Source: Antedon mediterranea
Taxonomy: Eukaryota > Animalia > Echinodermata
Direction of reading: 5' to 3'
Assembly: GCF_964355755.1 (NCBI RefSeq)
Contig: NC_092673.1
Span: forward strand, 4,092,001 to 4,156,000
Length of the DNA stretch: 64,000 bases
Shown: positions 51,201 to 63,298 of the stretch, one piece after another
How the letters are laid out: every line of letters starts with the position of its first letter
How positions within the stretch are numbered: position 1 is the stretch's first letter
The notes under the pieces: generated by a model
What the model saw: the letters and a program-made list of their open reading frames with translations, nothing else
Database searches by the model: none
What the model was told of the DNA's origin: nothing
Made by a program: the position numbers and the translations under genes

Positions 51201-54200
51201 AGAGCGATTTCCTTGGTTAAAATTGGTTCCCACTAGAGACGTAACGCAAGGACGTAACATATTGTAAGTGATTTGACCAATCACAAGCAATGGATTATTC
51301 GAACAGACATTGGTCAACTCGCTTGCATTGCGTGTACGCCATTGTGTTCCGCCTCTAGTGTAAACCAAGATTTAGTAGAGACTCATTCTTGTTTGAAATG
51401 GAAAAAAATATTGATTATTATTGTTTAATATTTATTATTTATGACATATTTTTTTTTGTAGTGTCTTGCTGCTGGTTCAACTATTATGCAACGTGAAATC
51501 GAGAGTGCAGCTTTAAGGCCACTTGCGAGGGCGCTTATTGGAAGTTTAGATTCATTACGCAACATGCTCAAGGATCAGTGTCTAAAAAATATCAATAATT
51601 ATTCTGATAAGGTTTGTGCCGTTCACTCCTTAATTGTCTTAAAGCTCTGTTTACACTAACAAACAGTATGTGACAAAAAAATGTGATATATGGACAGGAT
51701 GGTGTCATCACTACCACATTTTGGCATATCACTACCATATTTGGGCACATCACACTTTTTTTATCACATAAAGTTTGATAGTGTAGACAGAGTTTTAGTG
51801 GATGTGTTTATTGTGATTAATTTTTAATAGTCTAGCCTATAAATCATGTAGGACATAATCACCCCTTTTTTATCCTTAAATACCCTATAAATTACATAGG
51901 GCGTAGTTTACCTCTTCTTCATCATAAGCTGCATTTTAATTTTAAATTCAACATTCCTGAGGTTGCGCTTCCCAGAAGGTTGTGGTTCCATCTAGATATT
52001 CTTTGTTCTTTTCTCCAATCAATGTTCTGTACCTGTAAGGCCAGCTACCTATTATTGCGTGTAATTGCTGCCTCAATGTGGTCAGCCTACTGGGCCAAAA
52101 GCTAATTGTTATCATTTGAAAGTAGAAAGATATGCTGCTATATGTTTAGAGATATGATGCAGCTAAATAATATGTAATGTTTCTTTTAAAGAAATGTTTA
52201 AATGTTTGAGGAATCCAAAAAAGTGAAATGGCCTTTATGACTTGGATTGGATTGTGGTTTTGTCTATATGCAGATGTTTCATGTAATAATAACATTTATT
52301 CAGCATGTTTTATCAAGAACAATGTTCCCAGGAGCAAGCAATAGGCGTAGGCCTGAATAGAATTAACTGCTCTTACTCCAACGTTCAGCAAATTAGTTAA
52401 ATGACATTAACAATACATAAACTAAATATAAAAATAATAAATGAGTTTCATGTGAGTTTAAATGTGGGAAAATGATATTACATAACATTATAAATATATT
52501 TTGCTCGTCTTATCTTTAGGTAAAATCAGCATTGAAACACTTTGATGTGATATCGTCAGAGTTTGAATTGAGCTATGTGAGTGCAATGGTACCGGTCAAG
52601 ACTGCCCTGGATTATGATACCCAACAGGACGTTATTATTTTATTCTGCGAAACAGTGGACAGGTGAGGTGTTAATATTAACTACCATACCTGTTGATTAA
52701 TTGACCTTGAATGTCATTCATTTCTAGGAAAAGACTTGGAAATCAATAGTTGCTGCGATAATCTTATTTTATGAATGAGTGCGTTTGTTGTAAACAAATA
52801 ATAGGAAAATAATGCTTAAAAAAAGAATGTCATTTCGACTTCATCATGGGGTTATTATCAAATAACAGAAGAATGATGTTTTGACTACATCATGGGGTCA
52901 TTATCAAGTCCAATGAAGAAATTCTAAAAAGCAACTAATTATATAACACACACCAAGTGTCAAAGTTTAAATAACAAAGACCTATTGTCTCATTCTGTCT
53001 GGTTTTAAACAAAGGTTGGTATCAGAAACCAGACTTCTGAAGGAAAATACTATTGCCCATGGATGTGATGTAATAAAATTGGGGGAAAAAAAGTTAAGGA
53101 TGGGTAGAACGATAAACAGTGAAAGATTATAAAAAGCTTCTTTGTAGGGGTAATATTGCTTGCATGCACTCCATTTAAAGACCATCTTTGTGACCAGGAA
53201 ACCAAGCTAGGAATGCAACCCAAATTCGCAAATCCCTCCCTGGGCATCCCTATTCAAAAGACACCCTTAATTAGACAACATCTTGTGTTGTGTTAATTTT
53301 TTTTTCCAATAAACAATTTAGAATATTCAAATTTTCACCTGAATACGGTATTTTTTTTGCCAACAACAAAAGACAAACATTGGATAAGAAGGTTTTAATT
53401 CCTATGCGTAAATTTTTTTTTTTTTTCAGTTTTAATGAAATGTTGCAATTACGATGGGTCAATGATTGACGATATTGTGACACCTAGCGAATTCTAATAT
53501 CCATTTTTTATTTAAATAAGAGACAGTTATGTTTTTTCAATAACGTAACAGTTTTTTCTCATCTTCTTAAATTTCATTAGAGCTGTGAAGGAGAAATTGC
53601 TGTCGCAGGAGATGATTGATGATTACGATGCGGCGCTTATGTTCACATTACCCAGGCTCGTTATAGTGTGGTATGTTTCAATATTCTATATGTATTAACT
53701 CTTAAGGGTGTTTCACACCTAAAAAATAATTGACCCTACTCAAATTCATCACCTCAGGTTTTTCATGAATATTTCTAAATGCTTATTCTCAATTCCGTTT
53801 AAGGCTCTATTCCTGCTTGCCAAACATTGATAATTATGATTACTACTATTACAGATACATTTGTGATTAATTCCCACAATAATACTAATTTAAAGTTAAT
53901 CAGTTTAAGTTATGTTATGATGTGCTATACTACTACATATATTATGTATCTGTACATAGTAATATATTCATTTATCCAGGCATACAAGTTATTTTGGCAT
54001 GCTGCCAACTTCAATTCTTTCCCATCATTAGAATGCAGTAATTGTCAAGAAGAATGCCTTTTATTATTCTGTCTAGGCCAAGCAGGAAACCATTACAATA
54101 CTAGAAATGTAAATAGATTTTTGTCTAGCATCAAATTGGCCGAGAGCCAATTTAGGCGAACAACATATTGACTATCAGCCTCTATAGTTGAGTGTGTCTT

Positions 54201-57200
54201 ACCATTTTACCATTGTAAAGAATAGGATTACTGGATTTGTTGATCTCTAGAGGGAGTTTATCTGTTAAGTTGTGTTTGATATCAAATGTTTGCAGTAGTA
54301 AGCCACTGTCAACTACTATAATATTCTGATTATATATTAAAATATGCATTATTCCCTTTAAATATTAATCATTACATTACACATCCTGAATTTGATTTAT
54401 CGAACATAGCAATGAATATTACTTTTTTTTTCAGCACTAATTTTATATTTTTATGAATGTGTTATCATATTATGTAAGCATTTTAAAGAATAAATATGAA
54501 ATAGCATTTTTTATTATTATTAATTTCTATTTCATGTTGTTTTATCTTGTTAGTGGTCTTGTTATCTTTCCTGATGGGCCTCTAAACGTTGACGTGCCAG
54601 CAAGTAAAATGTCGGAATTGTTTCGACCTTACCGAAATGTTCTGCGTAAAATTAGGTGAGTAAAATGTTATGAATATATCTTTTGTTCTTGGTATTCGAT
54701 ACATTGATTCCTTTGCAGCTCATAACAAAGCTATACTGGAATTGAGTAAAGGTAAAGTGTCAGAGCCAAAATGTGCAAAAAACCTTACTGGTTCTTGGTT
54801 TGATAATCCATTTTTACATCTCAAACTTTGTCTAAAGCCCGGCGCACACTAGAGCTTTCGGCTGAGCCAACTGGCACGAGTAACACTTGGCTCAGTAACA
54901 AATTTGCCGCAAACTATGTTCGCGTTCTATCGGACGCACACTAAACGCCTTCAGTACGCGATTTTCTGATTGGATAATTACTTACTACGCTATACAGCAC
55001 GCGCTGAAATATCATAATAAATCAGAACATGTCATGCGCAGTGGAATTTTTTAGTGAGCAGGAAGCTCACGTTCGGCGCACACTTGAGGAAAATGGCACG
55101 CGTGCCAAAAAATATTAAACACGATAGATATTTTCCTCAGCGGCACGCGTGGCCGATTCCTCACGAAATCCCCGGCGCACACTGTGAGGCAAGTGTTACT
55201 CGTGCCAGTTGGCTCAGCCGAAAGCTCTAGTGTGCGCCGGGCTTTAAGCTCTATCTATCAAAGTTTATGTGACAAAAAAAATGTGATGTGCCCATATATG
55301 GACATGATGATGTCATATCACTACTATATTTGGGCATATTTCTACCATATTTGGTCATACTAGTTTGATAGAGTGTGTAGACAGAGCTTATGGGTAAGAT
55401 GCTTTGACTGAGCTTTGTGGATAAAACAGGCACTAACTGCTGTCAAATCAAAATTTCTTCTTTTCTTTTTCCGACAGAGAATTATTGTGCACATTAACAA
55501 CTATTGAATTACATTTATTGGAAAAGGCCTTAAGTAGCAATGACCTGTCGTGGGAAGACATAGAGAAAGAACTCATCGCCCTCAATGGTACTACCGCCAG
55601 TAAAGCTATACCTATGCTACACGGACGCGCAAACAACCACATGCAATCGCCAATCAGAAGTCTTGGTCACAATGACATGTTTGGACAATCGCCAGCTAGT
55701 GTCAGTACACTAACGGAACGTTCCACACTATGCAGCAGCTTCCCATTGGATTGTGATCTGGAACAAATGGAACCAGCAAAATCCTGTGGGAATGACTTTT
55801 CTGATCAGATGTTGGAATACTTAGTGGCAGATTCTCTTCCTTTTTCAAGTAGTCATTTATCGGAGGACAACGTTCAAAAATTGAGAGATGCAAAAGAGAA
55901 TGTGAATAACACAAATGGACATTTCATTGATGATCTGCCTACTATACAAGTTAATAACACTACTGAAACCAATGGTGATGACATACGTCACAAGAGATGT
56001 CGAAGGTCAAGTGAAAGGAGGCGGTCAAGTGGTAGTTCGCGTAGAAGAAATTCCTCCCAGTGTAATGGAGATTTATCGTCATCTTCTGTTGGGAAAGATT
56101 CCGCACTAACGGAAGAAATAGATGTGCAATGTGATAGGCGTTTTAGCGAATCTACCAAAAAATCAAGCATGAAAGGGGACGATGATTCTGGTAACCCAGG
56201 ATCAGAGAGAGAAACATCTTCTAAACATACAGACAATAGAACAAATGGCTCGGGAGCAAGCTCGGAATTATCGGACAAAGAAGCGGTAAAGAAATACTAC
56301 CTTACGGCTAACGGGAAAGTTAGAAGCGGTGGGAACACGGAATGCAGTTCACGAGAGGGCAGCGACGATGCAGGAACTACTCTAGGCCGTAAAGGTAGCG
56401 AACCAGATGAAAATATACTCCAAGAATGCAAGGCTAGGATAACCAGTATGAATGCGCACCGCGAAGCACCGCGCACCGAAAATCATAAACCTGCAGCAGG
56501 GCTTAGCAAAAAATCAACTCTTGGTTTGGAAACGTGTACTGATTATACTATGACACGCTTTCTATCAGACCTCGAAAATGTTGAATATTACGATCACACG
56601 AACCAAGATGAGATGTTGCCAGATGAAGAAGATGGCGAAGGTGATGTTTTCTACCTGAGTAAGGTTCAAGCATCCGATAGCAATCATGATAGTAATAACG
56701 GAACAAAGTCGCATACAAGATCACCCAGTGTTGCCAGCACTGGTAGCTCGATGTCGTCGCTGTCGCAGAACCGTATCGTGGGGCATCATGCCGGGGCAGG
56801 GTTGAGATCAAAGTCAATGGATAACCATAGCAGATTTAGTGATGATGGTGAAGAGTATGATGATGAGGAGTATGACGATGAGTGTTCTACCTGTTCTTGT
56901 TCCACATGTGAACGCTTTGAGGCACAGAATGAAGACTTCAAATGGGAATCGGATGATAGGTACAGTAATTAACTAATTACTATAAAGCAAAACACTTTGC
57001 CAAGTATAGTATTTGCTTTGTTTGTTTGTTGGCATGATAGCACCTACTATTTTATTCTGAATTTTTCGGTGAAAATAGGTATATACTTACATAACATGTC
57101 TATTGAAATTCAAGAAAATCGGCTTATAAATAACTTCACAAAAAAAAAATTTGTATTCTTTTAACATGGGCCAAAATATCATCATGCAAAGTATCATGTC

Positions 57201-60200
57201 TTGCTTTGCATTCTTTTTAATTTCAAGGACCGGTAATTGAAAAATAGAGTTAAGATAATTGAAAACCCTCCTTTACGTGGTCCTGGAAATTAATTTAAAA
57301 AAACACTCGGATTCACTAGAAACTTTTTAAAAATGAAAGCCTGATGAAAATTTAATTAAAATACTTTGAAATAAAAATGTATTCTTAATTTAATTTCTTC
57401 TTGAGTAGGATGATTTTTAATACACCAAGGAATTGAATTATACAGTAGGTGAACAAGCTATTAATTAAAGTAACACAAATTTTAAAATAACACAACTTTA
57501 GCTTATTAAATGTACTGTATTTAATCAAATTTTGTGTATGACTATGTTGTGTATTTATTCGACTGCTTTTATTTACATATAAAAGCTAGAATGAACTGGT
57601 CTGGTTAATCTTAAAAAATTTAAATTTATTAAATGAAGAAACAAAATTAAATTCAAAAACAGTAACCTCTCATTTCAACTAATTACTTGGCAAAATAGAA
57701 TTTTGCTAATTTTAGTACCTGCTTTTTTTGTTAGCATGATAGCGCCTACAATTTTCAAGTTATCATTCTGAATTTTTTGGTGTAAATAGGTATACACTTA
57801 GAGAACAGTCAAGAAAATCTGCTTATTAATAACTTATGGTACTGATATGACATATGACATTGTCATACAGCTTGATAGTGTAGACAGAGCTTTAAAGTAA
57901 CTCTTTGTTGGTTCCCAAAGATGTTACCCTATTGGTTATACAGTATACAGTAGTTATATATTCCTGTACACTGTTATTTTGCTCTCGATAATTGATGGAT
58001 ATTTAATTCAGAAATTCTTTATTTTTTAGTGACAGTGATTCTACTTCCTACTTATCGGACAATCATGATGATCATGAGATCGCCATGGCGATCAAAGCAG
58101 CTGAGCAAGCAGCCAAAGAAGAGACGAGATCACGATTCAGTAGTACCAGTGATCTTGTACACCGTTTATTTGTTTGTGTGGCAGGTTAGTACTTTTTACG
58201 GTAATACAGACAACTCTCCCAATACCGGACACATTTGGACTGACCTAATATATCTGGTGTTCTGGAAAGTTCGGTAATCAGAATGTGTTTTTAATGGTAA
58301 AAATTTAATTTTAGACCTTTTGGACCTCAAGGAAAGTCTAGTTTTGAGAGAGTTTCCAGTTTTTAGAGAGTCTGGTATTGGGAGAGTTGACTGAAAACTG
58401 TTTAACCATAGTTGAGCAATGTTGAACCCATTAGAATGAAAGAATGCCTTTGAATATTGGGTGCTTTATTGACCCTTTGGAGAGTAAAATAGTGTAAAAT
58501 TGTCTTTGCAATATTGATTGTATGCTTAAGCTCTGTCTACACTATCAAACTTTATGTGAAAAACTAGTTTGATAGTGTAGACGGAGCTTAAGGGTAAGAT
58601 GATTTGTTCTCATTGCATTGGCCTTCAGATGGTTGGTTCCATGTATAGGCACAGTGCAATTTGAAAAAAGGAGTAAACAATTGTCTCCCAGTGTGTTGAA
58701 CTGGGTAGGCGCTGCACTGCTGGGTGTTGTGGGTGCGTAGAGGGCATAATCCTGTTTTTCCTGTATGAACCTGATTACAACTACAATTGTTTCTCAAGTT
58801 TTTCTTGTAGAGGGTGACAAGTATATCTGTAATTTGATTAATTATTATTTTCAGGTGTCGCAGATCAACTTCAGTCTAACTATGCCAGTGACTTGCGCAA
58901 CATTTTAAAAACTGTATTTGAGGTGAAATGCCTTGACCCCTTTGATATTAGTAACCTTGTTCAAACTCTACCGGAAAACCCGGAAGAAGAGACAGCTACA
59001 TTCCTAAACCACATCAATCCGTCTGCACAAGCAATGCCAGAGGTGTTTGAAGAACGACACCGTCATGGAAGTGGTCACAGCGGGGGCGGAATAAACGGAG
59101 AGGAACGATGTTTGAGGCACAACAGCGGGGATAGAAGAGCACGGCACAATAGCAATCATAGTGGGAGAGTCGGAGATGAAAAGCGGCGGCATAACAGTAC
59201 AAGGAGTAGAAATAAATCGGGTCAAAGGGTCGAAGGTTAGTACCATTTGTACATTTATTATATTTAGGCAAATTGCGAAGGATAACCGTAAGCAAATTCA
59301 TTCACTATCCTTCCTAAAGGTGGCAATCCCGTTCACAAGACAAACATATACACAAGATGCTCTAAAAAAAGTCTTATAAGTCTTTGAGGAGAGTGGAGTT
59401 GTAATTTGTCATTTGTTGAAAAAACATCCTGACATATGACAGAAATTGAGCCCAGGACCCCAGAGCCAAGCATCATAACCACCAAGCCGCAACTCCACTC
59501 ATTTTTCAATTGCAATTAAGATGTGTGTTCATTATTGTAGTTGTCTACTATACATTAATTTAATTCATACAGGGTATTTTTCTAATTTGACAGGCTTACC
59601 ATGTTGGCAGCCAGATGAACAGTGTACACATTGTTTCGGATGCAAATCACAGTTTACAGTTCTTAGACGAAAACATCACTGTAGGAACTGTGGCAAGGTA
59701 AGCATTCAGCTCTTTCTGCACTATCAAACTAGTTTGTGATGCGCCCAAATATGGTAGTGACATGCTTAAACATGGTAGTGAAATGACATGATCATGTCCA
59801 TATTTGAGCACATCACATTTTGTTGTCGCATAAAATTTGATAGTTTAGACAGAGCTTTAGACATTGCAATGTATGGGAATGCCCAATACTGTAGTATAAA
59901 AATGTGACTTTGTAGTACTACTTGGAAAGTATGCTTTACACTCATACCTCATCCTTCGGATTTTATGTTAAGCTGTTGGTTCTGTGTAATAAAGGGCAAA
60001 TAAATGTTACAATGAAAAGGGGTTCTTCAAGTCAGCCGACCATAGTAGACTCTACACCTGGTAAATGCAAGGGAAGACCTAATCTGGTGCCATGTACATC
60101 AACTTACTAATAATTTAATATTTCTTTTTCAAATGAGTTACTTGTACACCAGTCATAACATGTAAATAAAGTGTTTACATTCCATAGTGTGCCTACTGTA

Positions 60201-60361
60201 ATTCAATATCCAGTATTAAATATGTAATAATAAATTTCTTTCAGATTTTCTGTGCTAGATGTTCCGCGAATTCAGTTCCATTGCCGCGATACGGTCAACG
60301 GAAGGCAGTACGTGTGTGCAATCGTTGTTACATGTTCCATGTCACCCCATTCCAACAGTGA
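39222..60361 (+). CDS. ZFYVE28: Lateral signaling target protein 2 homolog (FYVE-domain protein), ~1,012 aa, 12 coding exons
   Basis: Exons 39222-39257, 41479-41632, 48092-48216, 51462-51611, 52520-52662, 53581-53670, 54554-54655, 55478-56959, 58030-58184, 58855-59235, 59594-59697, 60245-60361; all GT-AG and phase-consistent. LST2 signatures: [96 protein letters not shown] finger: WQPD...[10 protein letters not shown]...[14 protein letters not shown]. Confidence 0.96.
39535..39958 (-). mobile_element. tRNA-derived SINE with Deu/Nin-type core, in ZFYVE28 intron 1
   Basis: Minus strand has A box TGGCCGAGCGG and B box GGTTCGAGGC, then core CTTCTCGGATAAGGACTATAAACCGTAGGTCC...TTAAAGAACC...GAGTAGGGGGTTACCCCGGTGT, resembling the Deu/Nin SINE domain. 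An (AAT)n-like tail lies near 39535. Confidence 0.8.
40822..40863. repeat. 21-bp tandem duplication (gtatcaaatgtatacgtttac x2)
   Basis: Direct reading. Confidence 0.85.
41479..41632 (+). CDS. ZFYVE28: ZFYVE28 exon 2
   Basis: [51 protein letters not shown]. Confidence 0.95.
42460..42940. repeat. ~15-bp minisatellite (gactgcaaaataaac)n
   Basis: About 30 variable units; an inverted copy of the unit lies at 42358-42380. Confidence 0.95.
43478..43583. repeat. Perfect 53-bp tandem duplication
   Basis: gataattaaatttaatgtaaatattatgcaaattattaataaatttaaacaat x2. Confidence 0.9.
43666..45046. mobile_element. Non-autonomous TTAA-targeting DNA transposon (Kolobok-like), 1.38 kb
   Basis: TTAA-AGTGGAGCTACACTCAGA ... 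TCTGGGTGGAGCTCCACT-TTAA. AG termini with TTAA TSD; no long ORF; CpG- and ctaggcct-rich interior. Confidence 0.85.
45208..45373. mobile_element. MITE family A copy (degenerate)
   Basis: TIR fragments and internal repeat. Confidence 0.7.
46809..46972. mobile_element. MITE family A copy
   Basis: TTA/TTA flanks, both TIRs. Confidence 0.85.
47085..47280 (-). mobile_element. Possible decayed SINE fragment
   Basis: tatagcgc...ctcaatgcgct resembles the reverse complement of L2-type SINE tails; tRNA boxes are eroded. Confidence 0.35.
48092..48216 (+). CDS. ZFYVE28: ZFYVE28 exon 3
   Basis: [41 protein letters not shown]. Confidence 0.95.
48396..48491. repeat. Short palindromic element (hairpin/mini-MITE)
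   Basis: tgcatgatggg..agcaatagcgccacc..gtata / tatac..ggtggcgctattgct..cccatcatgca. Confidence 0.75.
49396..49626. mobile_element. Foldback/MITE element D
   Basis: taaaactgactccaaataa.gagaggcaagccatgatt pairs with aatcatggcttgcctctc.ttatttggagtcagtttta; inner arms ctttatttgatcatca / tgatgatcaaataaag. Confidence 0.8.
50296..50461. repeat. 24-bp minisatellite (cttcaacccacgaggtctctccat)x7
   Basis: Direct reading; explains the repetitive ORFs at 50212-50478. Confidence 0.95.
51220..51372. mobile_element. MITE family C copy
   Basis: Similar to 37732-37910 along its length. Confidence 0.8.
51462..51611 (+). CDS. ZFYVE28: ZFYVE28 exon 4
   Basis: [25 protein letters not shown]...NYSDK. Confidence 0.95.
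51643..51794. mobile_element. MITE family A copy
   Basis: Both TIRs; starts ~30 bp after the exon 4 donor. Confidence 0.85.
52520..52662 (+). CDS. ZFYVE28: ZFYVE28 exon 5
   Basis: [27 protein letters not shown]...LFCETVDR. Confidence 0.95.
53581..53670 (+). CDS. ZFYVE28: ZFYVE28 exon 6
   Basis: [30 protein letters not shown]. Confidence 0.94.
54554..54655 (+). CDS. ZFYVE28: ZFYVE28 exon 7
   Basis: [34 protein letters not shown]. Confidence 0.95.
54836..55243. mobile_element. MITE family E (Harbinger-like) with perfect 54-bp TIRs
   Basis: AGCCCGGCGCACACTAGAGCTTTCGGCTGAGCCAACTGGCACGAGTAACACTTG and its exact reverse complement; TAA/TTA flanks. Confidence 0.92.
55247..55388. mobile_element. 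MITE family A copy abutting element E
   Basis: Shares the TTA flank with element E. Confidence 0.85.
55478..56959 (+). CDS. ZFYVE28: ZFYVE28 exon 8 (large, disordered central region)
   Basis: Begins [18 protein letters not shown] (conserved LST2 helix) and coincides with the 495-aa ORF; gacag acceptor and gtacag donor, phase 2-2. Confidence 0.92.
58030..58184 (+). CDS. ZFYVE28: ZFYVE28 exon 9
   Basis: [38 protein letters not shown]. Confidence 0.94.
58207..58393. mobile_element. Tc1/mariner (pogo/Tigger-like) MITE
   Basis: ta-CAGACAACTCTCCCAATACCGGA ... TCTGGTATTGGGAGAGTTGACTG inverted ends. Confidence 0.75.
58529..58588. mobile_element. Minimal MITE family A copy (TIRs only, 60 bp)
   Basis: agctctgtctacactatcaaact...agtttgatagtgtagacggagct. 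Confidence 0.85.
58855..59235 (+). CDS. ZFYVE28: ZFYVE28 exon 10
   Basis: [24 protein letters not shown]...GQRVE. Confidence 0.93.
59385..59500 (-). mobile_element. Possible decayed tRNA-headed SINE
   Basis: Minus strand gagtggagttgcGGCTTGGTGGtta (A-box-like) ... gggctcaattt (eroded B box) ... caactccactc. Confidence 0.45.
59594..59697 (+). CDS. ZFYVE28: ZFYVE28 exon 11 (FYVE N-half)
   Basis: [34 protein letters not shown]. Confidence 0.96.
59708..59856. mobile_element. MITE family A copy
   Basis: Both TIRs; starts ~10 bp after the exon 11 donor. Confidence 0.82.
60245..60361 (+). CDS. ZFYVE28: ZFYVE28 exon 12 (FYVE C-half, stop)
   Basis: [41 protein letters not shown]. Confidence 0.96.
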   Translation: MFCARCSANSVPLPRYGQRKAVRVCNRCYMFHVTPFQQ

Positions 60362-60775
60362 AGCTGAGTTCAATTCAATATTATGATCTTGTAATATATA
60401 CCTATAAAGTATTTATTTATATGCCTTATTGCGATATACTATACTCTGACATCACAGTTTTCAATGGTACCATACTCACATGAAGTGTATTTATTTTTTT
60501 TAATATATATTTATTGATATGTTAGAACTCATCAGAGCCTATCTGAATGTTGTAAGCATCCGGTCACTTATTAGTGCAAATTCCAGATGTTAATAATAAT
60601 AATGAGATATCGACTATCTCTCTATATTTATTTAAATGCAGGTTCCCTCCAAATATAGACCAGAGTTTTATTGGCCAGATTTATCATCTGGTTGATGGGT
60701 TAACTATCTCCATTTTTGGTTCTTATTTTATCCAATTTAAGGAGGTTGCTTATAGGCCTGTACATGTTAAATGGA

Positions 60776-60932
60776 AGCTCTGTCTACACTATCAAGGTTT
60801 ATGTGACAACAAAATGTAATATGCCCATATATGATGATGTCATATCACTACCATATTTGTGCATATCACTACCATATTTGTGCATATCACTACCATATTG
60901 GGAGCATAAAGTTTGATAATGTAGAAAGAGCT
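60776..60932. mobile_element. MITE family A copy, in the probable ZFYVE28 3' UTR
   Basis: Both TIRs and three internal catatcactaccatatt repeats. Confidence 0.85.
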
Positions 60933-61196
60933 TAAGATATGTAATGAAATATTTATTAACATAGATTCCAGGTGTATTTGTGCATAGAAAATGTGGCAAT
61001 TAGTTGCATATATTAATATATATCTTTGTTTTATTTATTATTGCCTTGTAATTATTACTATTTATGCCAAAAATTATAAATATTAATAATATAATAATAT
61101 TTATATATAAATTGGTCTTATAATAATGTATTTTGAATTACTGTAAGTTCTTATACCATGTGGAGACTAGAGAAACAGTTATTACCTGCAAGTATC

Positions 61197-61328
61197 CAGT
61201 AAAACCCCTATTAAGGGGACACTTTGGGACCAAGCATTTAGGTTGGCTGTAGTGTTAAAATATATATTTCTCCTTGTTCAGGAAAGTGTCCCCTGAATAG
61301 ATGCTCCCCAAAGAAGAGGTTCTACCGA
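61197..61328. mobile_element. pogo/Tigger-like MITE remnant (ttaaggggacac family)
   Basis: cagtaaaacccctattaaggggacac...gtgtcccctgaatag...gaggttctaccg; related fragments near 5545-5660, 28220-28265, 35058-35095 and 50056-50100. Confidence 0.55.
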
Positions 61329-61339
61329 AGGTATATAAG

Positions 61340-61440
61340 TGATTTTGATAACTCCAGAGGGCGCCATATGGATGGATCATGGACAGTTTTGTCCCGATTT
61401 ACCTTGTAAATACGGCACCCTCTGGAGTTATCGAAGTCGC
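61340..61440. repeat. Short inverted-repeat element
   Basis: gattttgataactccagagggcgcc ... ggcaccctctggagttatcgaagtc. Confidence 0.75.
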
Positions 61441-62744
61441 TCATTATGCACCGTTTACACAGCTATTTAAATAAGATGACACAGGAATGCTGAATTTAAT
61501 GTAAACTGTATACACATTTACCAGGGTAAGAGAACTACCTGAGTAAGAATGAGTCAACCGCGACATACCCATAGTTTTCATTTTCTATAATGATATTTTG
61601 CAGTGTACAACTGTTACTTGATCCTACCACATATTGAGTTTCTGATACAAAGTATATAATTTTCAAAATTTTTTTAATGGCAATATTTTAAAATAAATAC
61701 AAGAGATATTATAATATTTATTATATATTGTTATATATTAATATATCAGTTTGAAGCAAAATAATCTATAGAATAGTATTATATTAAGAAAACATTTAAG
61801 TTTGTAAATGTACATATGTATTTATTGTTTTAACTTTTTAATTTTAGAACGCCTTTTATTTCTGTAGTTTGGTGCTGGCTACACATGTGAATATACCTTG
61901 TGGTCACTTGTACTTAACTCACTAAACACAGTGTTGCTCATCCTTAAAATACAGTTCTTTATTTTTGAAAATGTTTGATTCTCTGCACACAATTTTTTAA
62001 TGTTGTCTCAGAAGTTCTTAACAAAAGTAAATAAATTGAAATATGCAATATGTATGTTAAGGTTCCCAAATTATGTTCAGAGAACATTTATAAATTCATC
62101 TAAATAATCAAGGTGTACATATGCAGTTTTGTTTTAAACATACAGCGGCATTATGTGAGTAATAATTTTGGTTACAAAAGTATTGTAAACACTTCTCTAT
62201 AAACAAAAAAATATTCACTGTTGTGAAATTTACAGTAAAACAATGTATTATATATAAATAAATATAATATTTATTATTTTGGCATTATAAACTGTATATT
62301 CCCAGTATGTACATACAGTATGCATATAAAATGAATATATGTATATATAGCTATGTGTTTGATATGCATACTTATATATACTGTATAAAGTTTAAAACTG
62401 TAAATATTTTTTTATATAAGTACATACAAAATGCAAAGAATCTCATTAATATTGGTTATTTATGTATTTTCTTTGAATCTAGCATTCAATTCTGACCACA
62501 TTCGTCTTGGATGACCTAAATATCCTGTTTAGTATATTTATGTTTTAAATTCACTGTTATTTAAGTACCGTAATATTGGTAAATTTAAATTATACACAAC
62601 ATGCAAGTATATGTAGGTTTAATATATGGTGTTGTGGTGTGTCCTGGTGACATGGTACCCTGGTGGTATGCTACCATGGTATGGTGATATTATAATGCCC
62701 TAGTGATAATAGTACTCATTACTAATCCGTGTGTTGCCTTGGCG

Positions 62745-63298
62745 ACATGGTACCTTGGTGACATGTTGGTAACATGGTACCTTGGTGACGTTGGTAACAT
62801 GGTACCTTGCTGACATGTTGGTAACATGGTACCTTGGTGACATGTTGGTAACATTGTACCTTGGTGACATGTTGGTAACCTGCTACCTTGCTGACATGTT
62901 GGTAACAGGCTACCTTGCTGACATGTTGGTAACATGGTACCTTGGTGACATGTTGGTAACATGGTACCTTGGTGACATGTTGGTAACATGGTACCTTGGT
63001 GACATGTTGGCAACATCCTACCTTGGTGACATGTTGGTAACAGGCTACCTTGGTGACATGTTGGTAACATGCTACCTTGGTGACATGTTGGTAACATGCT
63101 ACCTTGCTGACATGTTGGTAACCGGCTACCTTGGTGACATGTTGGTAACATGCTACCTTGGTGACATGTTGGTCATGCTACCTTGGTGACATGTTGGTGA
63201 CATGTTGGTAACAGGCTACCTTGGTGACATGTTAGTAACATGCTACCTTGGTGACATGTTGGTAACATGCTACCTTGGTGACATGTTGGTAACATGGT
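62745..63298. repeat. 27-bp minisatellite (taccttggtgacatgttggtaacatgg)~20
   Basis: Direct reading; generates the spurious MLPTCHQGT and WYLGDMLVT ORFs. Confidence 0.95.

Noticed and set aside
55702-56817. Minus-strand ORFs overlapping ZFYVE28 exon 8
   Set aside because: Antisense shadows of a real coding exon.
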